Source: Planctomycetota bacterium (GTDB taxonomy: Bacteria; Planctomycetota; B15-G4). Taken from it: a DNA stretch of 64,000 nt. The translations under genes and the position numbers were made by a program. Below are positions 40,160-48,826 of the stretch, piece by piece. The stretch's first letter is position 1; the number at the start of each line of letters is the position of its first letter. Below the pieces are notes generated by a model that saw only the letters and a program-made list of their open reading frames with translations, searched no databases and had not been told where the DNA came from. Where the stretch lies: NCBI GenBank assembly GCA_965248575.1, contig CBDFJQ010000002.1, forward strand, positions 768,001-832,000, read 5' to 3'.

Positions 40160-41923
40160 ATGCCGCTGCCCACCAATCAGGACCTCGTCGAGCGCTGGAT
40201 CCATCAGCCCGCACCGCTGCTCCCGCTCCTGCACGCCTTCCATGATCGGGACGGCTGGCTGAGCGAGGATGCCCTGCGAGCCGTCGCAGGTGGCCTCAGG
40301 ATCCCCCTGGCGGAGCTCTACGGCACCGTCACCTTCTATCACCACTTTTCGCGCACAGAGGGCGGGAAGGCAGCCCCCCGGGTGTGCACGGGGCAGGTCT
40401 GCCGGTTCCAAGGGGGGCCAGAGCTGCTTCAGGCTCTCACGGCCGAGGGTGCGACCGCGATGCCGTGTGCCGGCCGTTGCGACGAGCCGGTGCCTGTGTT
40501 GCGCGCTGGCCAGGTGAGTGTAGGACGGACCCTCTCCGAGCTGGACGGGCGTCGCTCACCCTTGCCAGCGCCCAACCCGGGTGGGCTTGAGGAGTGCGTC
40601 TTTCGCGGAATCCGCGAGCCGGGCCGTGCAGGCCTTGAGGGCTACCGCCGCAGCGGGGGTTATGAGGGGCTGGTCAAGGCGCTGCAGCAGCCGCCAGAGC
40701 GCTTGGTGGAGGAGATCAGCGCCAGTGGCCTGGCTGGGCGCGGTGGTGCGGGCTTTCCCACGGGCGTGAAGTGGAAAGCGGTGCGCGACGCGTCCGTCTC
40801 GCCGGATGCGAGCACTACGCGCATGGCGGGCGGCGGCTCACAGCCTGCATCGGGCATCCCGTCGAGTGGCTCCAGCCCTTGGAAGAGCGTGGTCTGCAAC
40901 GCCGACGAAGGTGAGCCAGGCTGCTTCAAGGATCGCGTGCTCATGGACCACGACCCCCACGCCGTCCTGGAAGGCATGGCGTTGGCCGGATATTCAGCCG
41001 GGGCGGAGTTGGGCTTCATCTATCTGCGCTACGAGTACCCCGACACTCAGCAGGTCCTCGAAGACGCCATCGCCGAAGCCGAAGCCGCAGGGCTGCTCGG
41101 GGACGATATCCAGGGCGCGGGCTTTTCGTTCCATGTGCACGTCAGGCGCGGCGCGGGGGCCTACATCTGCGGCGAGGAGGGCTCGTTGCTCAACAGCCTT
41201 GAAGGCAAGCACCCCTTCCCTCGAGAGCGCCCACCCTTCCCGGTGACCCATGGCTTCGAAGGGCGTCCGACGGTGGTCAACAATGTGGAGACCCTGGCGT
41301 CCGCCGCGCAGATCGCGCGCAAGGGTGCCGACTGGTACCAGGGCCTCGGTCTGGAAGAGCTCGCGGGCACGAAGGTGATCAGCCTGTCTGGGGACATTGC
41401 GCGGCCGGGAAACTACGAGGTGCCCTTCGGCATGTCTCTGCAGACGCTGCTCCATGACTGGGCAGGCGGACCGCTCGCTGGCCGGACGATCCAAGCGGTG
41501 AGCATGGCCGGAATCTCCGGTGGCTTCCTGGCGCTTGGGGACCTGGACGTGAATCTGGATGAGCCCAGTGTCCGCGCCAAGGGCTCCATGCTTGGAGCTG
41601 GAGGGATCATGGTCTTCGACGACAGCCGCGACATGCTTGAGGTGGCTCACTCCTGCATGGAGTTCTTCGCGCACGAGTCCTGTGGCAAGTGCTTCCCCTG
41701 CCGGATCGGGACACAGCGCCTGACCGAGCGACTGGCCGGGGTGGCGGGCCCCAGCGGGCACGACGCCCTGCCGCTCTGGAGCGAAGAAGTGAAGGACATC
41801 AGCAATGTGATGATGTCGACCAGCGCTTGTGGGCTGGGCATGGCGGCTCCACTCATCGTTGAGAGCCTGATGCGCTACTTCCCTGAACGCGTTGCAGACC
41901 ACGTGGAGACCCTGACCTCATGA
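40160..41923 (+). CDS. NuoE-NuoF fusion: NAD(H)-binding diaphorase subunit of a formate dehydrogenase
   Basis: TFYHHF, CxxxxC...CxxxC 2Fe-2S site; GRGGAGFP, CNADEGEPG, GAGAYICGEE, ESCGKCFPCR...CGLG. Confidence 0.92.
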   Translation: MPLPTNQDLVERWIHQPAPLLPLLHAFHDRDGWLSEDALRAVAGGLRIPLAELYGTVTFYHHFSRTEGGKAAPRVCTGQVCRFQGGPELLQALTAEGATAMPCAGRCDEPVPVLRAGQVSVGRTLSELDGRRSPLPAPNPGGLEECVFRGIREPGRAGLEGYRRSGGYEGLVKALQQPPERLVEEISASGLAGRGGAGFPTGVKWKAVRDASVSPDASTTRMAGGGSQPASGIPSSGSSPWKSVVCNADEGEPGCFKDRVLMDHDPHAVLEGMALAGYSAGAELGFIYLRYEYPDTQQVLEDAIAEAEAAGLLGDDIQGAGFSFHVHVRRGAGAYICGEEGSLLNSLEGKHPFPRERPPFPVTHGFEGRPTVVNNVETLASAAQIARKGADWYQGLGLEELAGTKVISLSGDIARPGNYEVPFGMSLQTLLHDWAGGPLAGRTIQAVSMAGISGGFLALGDLDVNLDEPSVRAKGSMLGAGGIMVFDDSRDMLEVAHSCMEFFAHESCGKCFPCRIGTQRLTERLAGVAGPSGHDALPLWSEEVKDISNVMMSTSACGLGMAAPLIVESLMRYFPERVADHVETLTS

Positions 41924-44670
41924 CGACGCACGCGATCGGCAGCTCGGGCGGGGGCGAGGCTCCCTCGGTCTGCTTGGATGGTGTTCAGGTCTCGTTCACT
42001 CCGGGTGAGACGATCCTGGAGGTCTCTCGCCGGCACGGCCGGGCCCTGGGCGGCGCTGGCTGCTCGATCCCGACGCTCTGCTACGACGAGCGGCTGGATC
42101 CTTTCGGTGGCTGCCGCATGTGCGTGGTGGACATCGAGGGTGTGCGCAACCCCGTGGCCTCGTGCGCGCGCGCAGCGGAAGACGGCATGGTGGTGTCGAC
42201 CCAGAGCGACTCGGTCGAGAAGCACCGCAAGACCCTGCTCGAGATGCTGGTCTCTGAGAATCGCGCCGTGGATGTGGATCCGCTGGCCGGTCTTGCTTCC
42301 CAGGAAATGACCCAGCTCGTGGATCGCTACGAGGCCCGGACCGGGCGCTTCGAAGGCAAGCAGTCAGGCACGAGCCGTGAGGATGACGACAACCCGTTCA
42401 TCCTGCGTGACTACGACCAGTGCATCTCTTGCTACCGCTGCGTTCGTGTCTGCGCGGAGCAGGAGGGCGACTACGCCATCAGCGTGGCGAACCGCGGCTT
42501 CGAGACGCAGATCACGACGGAGTTTGGCGGCATCCTGAAGGAATCGGCGTGCACCTTCTGTGGCCAGTGTGTCCAGACGTGCCCCACAGGCGCCCTGGCG
42601 GATCGCAAGGCCTTGCGCCATGTCGACACGCCGGGTGAGCTGGAGAAGACGCGCACCATCTGCACCTATTGCGGTGTGGGGTGCTCCATCGATGCCCTGA
42701 CCAAGGGAGATCTGCTCGTAGGCGTGCAACCAGCCATGGACGGGCCGGCAAACCATGGCGCGCTCTGCATCAAGGGTCAGTTCGCCTATGACTTCGTGCA
42801 GCACGACGATCGCCTGAAGACTCCACTGGTCCGGGGAGCCGACGGAGAGCTGCACGAGGCGACCTGGGAAGTCGCGCTCGACAAGGCGGCCCAGGGCTTC
42901 ATGGACGCGAAGGACAAGTACGGGCGACACAGCGTCTACGCCATCGCATCGGGCCGGGCTCCTCACGAGGCCAGCTACACGACCCAGAAGTTCATTCGAG
43001 CTGGGTTCTGGTCGAATCACGTCGACAACTGTTCTCGAGCCTGACACGCTCCAACGGTCGCCGGGCTGGCGGCCACCATCGGGCGCGGTGCCATGTCGAA
43101 CCCCCTGGAGGACATGTCCAAACCGGACGTGATCTTCTGTATCGGGACAAACATGACGGAGTGCCACCCCGTGGCGGCGACGGGCCTGAAGAAGGCCGTG
43201 GCGCAGGGGGCCAAGCTGATCGTCGCGGACCCGCGGCTGATCCCCCTAGCCGAGTTGGCGGACCTCTACCTGCCCCTGCGCGTCGGGACGGACGTGGCAC
43301 TGCTGTTGGGCATGGCGCACGTCATTGCTCGCGAGGGTCTCGTGGACCAGGAGTTCTTGGCAGCGCGCACGATGGGCGTCGAGTCCTTCTTGGAGCACCT
43401 CAAGCCTTTCACGCCCGAATGGTCGTCCGGCATCACGGGCGTTCCCGCCGCGGACATCGAGCGGGCAGGCGTGTGGTTCGGCAAGGCGGACCGCGGAGCG
43501 ATCTACTACACCTTGGGCATCACCGAGCACATCTGCGGGGTGGACAACGTGCAGAGCCTGTCGAACCTCGCCCTCATGACTGGCAACATCGGGCGCGAGG
43601 GCACGGGCATCAACCCGATGCGCGGCCAAAACAACATTCAAGGCGCGGGTGATGCTGGCGCCCTGCCCAACAACTACCCCGGCTTCCAGGCCGTCACGGA
43701 CCCTGCAAACCAAGCCAAGTTCGAAGCCCTCTACGGCCACGCTGTGGATCTTGAGAAGGGCATGACGAAGGTCACGGCCCTCGAGCTGTGTGGGGACGGC
43801 ATCCACGCCATGCTCATCGACGGCGAGAACACCTTGGTGACGGACCCGGATCGGAGGCACTGCGAACACGCGTTGCGCAGCCTGGATCACCTGGTGGTCA
43901 TCGACCTGTTCCTGACGGAGACTGCAGCGCTCGCGGACATCGTCTTTCCTGCGACAGCGTGGGCTGAGACGGACGGCGTCTGCACGAACACAGAACGGCG
44001 TGTGCAGCGCTTGAGGGCCGCAGTTCCTGCCATCGGCGAAGCACGCCCCGACTGGTGGATCGTCAGCCAGATCGCCAAGCGTTGCGGGCTGTCGGGGTTC
44101 GAGTTCGAGTCCGCTGAGGATGTGTTCAACGAGTTGTGCAGCTTGTCGCCCATCTACACGGGCATCGACTGGGACATGATCTCCGCAGGTGAGTATCAGT
44201 GGCCGGTGCCGCACAAGGGGCATCCTGGGACACCCATCCTGCACCAGGGGGAGTTCCCCAACGGACGGGGCGTGTTCAAGTTGTTGGAATACCGCGACCC
44301 GGCGGAAACCGTGAGCGAGGAGTATCCCGTCTGGCTCACGACTGGGCGGCGCCTCCAGTCGTATCACTCGCGCACGCAAACAGGTCGCTCGCACGGCATG
44401 GATTACCTGCTGCCGGAAGAGACCTTGGAGGTACACCCGGATGACGTCGCAGCGTGGGGGCTCTCCGACGGTGGGCGGTGCCTCATGTCGAGCCCGCGCG
44501 GTGAGGTCGAGATCAAGGTTGCATCCACGAATCGCTCGCCGCGCGGCACGGTGTTCACGAGTTTCTCGTTCAATGACACTCCTGTGAATTTCCTAACGGG
44601 TTCCGGCTACGACCCTGTGACGCAGACTGCTGAACTGAAAGTCTGCCCCGTGCACCTGAAGCCCTTGTAG
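41920..44670 (+). CDS. fdhF: Selenocysteine-containing Mo/W formate dehydrogenase alpha subunit (916 aa; TGA 43042-43044 = Sec)
   Basis: ORFs 41920-43044 and 43093-44670 are in one frame. Read-through gives DNCSRA-U-HAPTVAGL. Fe-S motifs, CTYCGVGC, PMRGQNNIQG and TNTERRVQ are present. Confidence 0.95.
43056..43074 (+). promoter_or_regulatory. Bacterial SECIS hairpin
   Basis: GGTCGCCG-GGC-TGGCGGCC stem-loop starting 11 nt after the TGA, the same spacing as E. coli fdhF. Confidence 0.85.
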
Positions 44671-44698
44671 GCGAGTGTTCCGGATGACGAAGAGTCGA

Positions 44699-46426
44699 AT
44701 GACGAAGCGATGGGTCGGCCCGTTCGAAGGGCTCGCTGGCTGCGTTGGGGGCGCCCTGTTGATCGCTTCCTGCACCACGATCCAAGAGCTGCCCGGTCAG
44801 GCACCGCCATCGGAACTGGCGGCCTCTGCAAGTGCTCCGCTCAAGACTGCAAGAGGCTCCAAGCCGAAGTTGGTGGTCCTGGTCCATGTCGACTCGTTTC
44901 GCGCCGACTACCTGACCCGATTCGAACCCTTGCTGGGCGATGGGGGCCTCAAGCGCCTGATGCGCGAAGGCAGTTTCGTTCGAGAGGCCCGCGTGAGCCA
45001 CACAGTGAGCCTGCCAGCTCCGGGCGTGGCCAGCGTGACTACGGGGGTCTTGCCCGGGCGAGCCGGGATCCCCAGCAGCCGCTGGTTCGATCGGACGCGT
45101 CGCAAGAGCCTGGGTGCCGTGGATGACGAGCGCTCTTTCACCCGCGGCAGTGACCCGGAGATCCTCAAGAGCGAGTACTCCCCGCGTGCGCTGGAGAGGC
45201 CCACCCTTGGAGGCCTCATGAAGCAGCAGTTCGGCCCGACCGCCCTGGTTGCCAGCATCTCCTGGTACGCCGAGACCGCTCTCCTGCTGGGCGGGCGCGA
45301 GAGCGACGCCTCCCTGTGGCTGGACCCTGAGACTGGAACATGGGTGACCAGCAGCCAGGTCATGAACGCCTTGCCGGACTTTGCGCTGGACGAAAACAGA
45401 GCCGGGGCGCTGCACAAATATCGGGGCGAAACCTGGGAGCGGAGCTTCAGCGATGAGGTGGGGAGGCGATACGCCTCTGCCGACGACGACCCCGACGAGC
45501 CGCCGTTCGCCGGGATGCCCCACTTCCCCTACGAGATTCCGGTCTACGTCATGGTCCGCAACAAGGTTCGCAAGGTGGCGGATGCGACGCCTTTCAACGA
45601 CCTCACCGTGATGGATCTCGTGAAGCGCGCCGTGCCGGGCATGGGCTTGGGAGCGGATGAGACACCCGACCTCCTGTGCATCGACTTCAGCGCTCTGGGC
45701 GATGCGGGCCAGGACTACGGCCCGGACAGCCAGGAGGTCATGGACGTGTTCTTGCGGCTCGACCGTCGGGTCGCGGAGCTGCTGAGCCTGCTCGATGAGG
45801 AGCTGGGTCGAGGTGATTGGGCGCTCGCGCTGACGTCGACCCAGGGCATCGCCCGACTGCCTGAGAAGACGGGGGGACAGCGGCTTCGTTCGCACGATAT
45901 CCAGGTTCCCGTCGAGCTCGGGCTGCGCCAGGCCTACCCCCAGCACGTGGTGCGCAGCAGCGCGTCGTGGAGCGTCGGACTGGGAGGGCCCTGGCTCTTC
46001 CTCTCGCACTCCGTGGCAGCCGAAGCCGGGGTTGAACTCGCTGAGCTCAGGGCGCGCGCCGCAGAGATCGCCGCAGAGATTCCGGGCATCGAGTCAGCCT
46101 GGACGCCGGAGCAGCTGCTTGAGGCCAACGACCCCCAGCTTCGACGCTGGGCTGCGGACCTGCATCCGGAGCGTTCGGGCGATGTGCTGCTTCTGATGGA
46201 AGCCGGATGCGTGCTCAATGCGGGAGTGGGGACCGCGGCGGGCAGCCATCACGAGAGTGACCGGCTCGTGCCCCTGTTCCTGATGGGCCCCGGCATCCGC
46301 GCAGGGCACGAAGCTGCGCGCGGCGAGCCTCTGGATGTTCTTCCCACTCTGGCCGGCAGCTTGGGCCTGGCGCTTCCGGATGATCTGGATGGTCGCGCGC
46401 TGCCTGGCGCGTTGGTCGACGACTGA
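44699..46426 (+). CDS. PafA-like alkaline phosphatase superfamily lipoprotein with degenerate active site
   Basis: LIASC lipobox; KPKLVVLVHVDSFRADYL, GGLKRLMREG, RSGDV, VPLFLMGPGI; start could be 44684. Confidence 0.8.
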   Translation: MTKRWVGPFEGLAGCVGGALLIASCTTIQELPGQAPPSELAASASAPLKTARGSKPKLVVLVHVDSFRADYLTRFEPLLGDGGLKRLMREGSFVREARVSHTVSLPAPGVASVTTGVLPGRAGIPSSRWFDRTRRKSLGAVDDERSFTRGSDPEILKSEYSPRALERPTLGGLMKQQFGPTALVASISWYAETALLLGGRESDASLWLDPETGTWVTSSQVMNALPDFALDENRAGALHKYRGETWERSFSDEVGRRYASADDDPDEPPFAGMPHFPYEIPVYVMVRNKVRKVADATPFNDLTVMDLVKRAVPGMGLGADETPDLLCIDFSALGDAGQDYGPDSQEVMDVFLRLDRRVAELLSLLDEELGRGDWALALTSTQGIARLPEKTGGQRLRSHDIQVPVELGLRQAYPQHVVRSSASWSVGLGGPWLFLSHSVAAEAGVELAELRARAAEIAAEIPGIESAWTPEQLLEANDPQLRRWAADLHPERSGDVLLLMEAGCVLNAGVGTAAGSHHESDRLVPLFLMGPGIRAGHEAARGEPLDVLPTLAGSLGLALPDDLDGRALPGALVDD

Positions 46427-46509
46427 CCCTCGGTTGAGGGCCAGCCGCCGACAAATCCCCTACCGGTGTCGTGGCTCCTGATCAGGACCACGACGCCCGG
46501 GTGAACGGA

Positions 46510-48600
46510 TCAGGGAGTGATGGTCTTGACCGCGTTGGTGGCGGCGTAACCTTCGGGTGCACCGACATCTTCCACCCAGTACTGCCAGAAGAACTCGGTG
46601 CCCGGGGGCAGACCAGCGGGCCAGCTCGTGCCCAGGGACAACTCACCGCTCGCGTTGGTGCCGAAGAGGCGCAACACGTTGATGCTTGGGATCAACGTAC
46701 CGCCGAACAACGGCTGCGGAGCAAGGGAGGTGCCGATGAACACGCCACCGAAGGCGCTCGGAGCCGCGTTGCTGACATCGAGGGTGGCGGGGGAGCCAGC
46801 CGTCAGGTCACCACCGATACGCAACACCGGGATACCCGCAGCACCGGCGAGGCCGTTGCCGAGCAGGTGGTAGAGCGCGTCGGGTTCGCGGGTCTCGAAG
46901 AACGTCATCATCCCGTGAGCACTGTGCTCGAGGATGTGGCAGTGAGCCAACCAGCCACCGGAGGTGTCGTCCTCGGGGTAGAGCCCCTCGGCCGTCACCT
47001 CACCAACGCGACCGGCGTCCGTGAACGTGGCGTAGGCGCGCAGGGTGGTGTTGCTCGAGAAGGGCATCGGGTCCGTGCGACCAGGCACGCGGAAGGTGTC
47101 CTTGTTCTCGATGTAGGGGATGGGGTCGACGTGGTTCTGGAGCGGGTCCGACACGTGGGTGTACTCGATCTCGAACGGCTGGAAGGTCCAACCGTGCGTG
47201 TGGAACGGGTGATCCATGTGCGTGAGGTTCTTGACCTCCCAGAGGTACGTCGAACCGATCTCAACGTCGTAGGCTTCCAGCGGCGTCATGAGCGGCATCG
47301 GCTTCGGCATACCGTTGACCATCTGGACGAACAGCTTGACGTCACCCGAGGCGGGCAACGGCGGGAGCTGGTGGCCCATGATGATGTTCAAGGTGCCGAC
47401 GACTTCGTTGGGGTCGATCGGAGTGATCGTCCGCAAGTTTGCCGGGGGGATGTACGGCGTCGCGGGGGGGCCACTGACGAGCATGCGCAGGATGTCCACC
47501 GCTGCCCCGTTGCCATCCGTGACGTCATCTCCCAACACGAAGGTGCCAGACATGTCAGGGTTCGGGATCACGGCGTGTGCGCCGCGGTTCCAGTCGTGGG
47601 AACGAAGAGCGATGGTCCCGCCATCGAAGCCGTCGGGCGTGAACACCACGTCGGCGCGTTCGCCAGGCGTGACGAAGATGCCCAGCTCCGGATCGGCGTT
47701 GCTGAAGTGATCAGCGCCGCCATTGTTGCCGTCGGACCCAGGTCCCTGGACCGGCGGCACAATGATGATGTCAATGGGATCCTTGAGCAGCGGCGCCTCG
47801 AGCAGCCCGCCGTCACCGCCGATGCGGTAGACCTGCTGCACGTTGCCACCGTCGGGCGTCTCCCAGGACAAGCGGAAGAACTTGGTGTTGGCGACGTTGA
47901 CGATACGCCAACGCTCCGGGACACCGTTCGTCACGGGCAGCACGGCGCCGATCTTGCCGTTGATCATCAGGTGGTTGCCTTCGCGACCGTTGAGCGTCTG
48001 CTCGATCTTCTCGAGCGGGTCCGCGGGGTCGTGCGTCTCGATCTGGTTGCCAGCATCCAGCAGGATGTCGTCGACCATCAAGATGCGCTCGTTGGCAGGC
48101 AGGCCCAGGCCAGCTTCACCGACGGGGTCGCGCACCAGCAGCGCACCGTAGAGCCCGGACTCAACCTTCTCGTGGGTCCGAACGTGGGGGTGGTACCAGA
48201 AGAGCGACGCGGTCAGCAGGTCGAACTCGTAGTCAAAGGTGCCGCCCGGGGGAATGGGCTTCTGGGCGATGTGGCTGCCGTCCATCTGGGCGGGCGTTTC
48301 GACGCCGTGCCAGTGCACCGTCGTGCTGATGGAGAGGTTGTTCGTGAAGTGCACGATCAGCGTGTCACCCACGTTCGCCTCGATGGTCGGGCCGGGGACG
48401 GTGCCGTTGTAGGCGGACACCGCGGTCGTGGCACCAGGCAAATACTGCTTCGTGGTGTCAGAGGCCTCGAGGAAGATCTCGACGATGGTCGGGTCGGGAT
48501 TCACGTCAACTGCGACAGGCGGCTCGACGAACTGGCCCATGGCGGAGGAGCCAAGGAGGCCGAGGCCGAGCAGGCCCGCAAAGAAGGGGAACGTACGCAT
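46510..48600 (-). CDS. Secreted multicopper oxidase, paralogue 1, with extra C-terminal domain
   Basis: VHWHG, WYHPH, HPFHTHG, HCHILEHSAHGM; signal peptide MRTFPFFAGLLGLGLLGSSAMG. Confidence 0.93.
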   Translation of the reverse strand: MRTFPFFAGLLGLGLLGSSAMGQFVEPPVAVDVNPDPTIVEIFLEASDTTKQYLPGATTAVSAYNGTVPGPTIEANVGDTLIVHFTNNLSISTTVHWHGVETPAQMDGSHIAQKPIPPGGTFDYEFDLLTASLFWYHPHVRTHEKVESGLYGALLVRDPVGEAGLGLPANERILMVDDILLDAGNQIETHDPADPLEKIEQTLNGREGNHLMINGKIGAVLPVTNGVPERWRIVNVANTKFFRLSWETPDGGNVQQVYRIGGDGGLLEAPLLKDPIDIIIVPPVQGPGSDGNNGGADHFSNADPELGIFVTPGERADVVFTPDGFDGGTIALRSHDWNRGAHAVIPNPDMSGTFVLGDDVTDGNGAAVDILRMLVSGPPATPYIPPANLRTITPIDPNEVVGTLNIIMGHQLPPLPASGDVKLFVQMVNGMPKPMPLMTPLEAYDVEIGSTYLWEVKNLTHMDHPFHTHGWTFQPFEIEYTHVSDPLQNHVDPIPYIENKDTFRVPGRTDPMPFSSNTTLRAYATFTDAGRVGEVTAEGLYPEDDTSGGWLAHCHILEHSAHGMMTFFETREPDALYHLLGNGLAGAAGIPVLRIGGDLTAGSPATLDVSNAAPSAFGGVFIGTSLAPQPLFGGTLIPSINVLRLFGTNASGELSLGTSWPAGLPPGTEFFWQYWVEDVGAPEGYAATNAVKTITP

Positions 48601-48826
48601 GGTAGGAGCTATGCCCAATGGGTCATCAGAAACGATCAGGAACGGAACGAAGAGCGCCTTTGGCTGCCCCCAAAGGCGGTGCCGAGACAAAGGATCGGCA
48701 GAACGCTGTTTTTCGGAATAGAAAATCTACATGGATATGTCGCGTCGTGTGGAGCCTTTTTGGGTACCCAGGAGCGAATTCGGGGTGAGGACCGCATCTG
48801 AGAGGCCTTCTTGGCCGCGCCGCCGG

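Noticed and set aside
43042..43092. FDH as a nonsense pseudogene or two separate genes
   Set aside because: The stop is TGA at the catalytic Cys/Sec position, in frame, with a SECIS-like hairpin.
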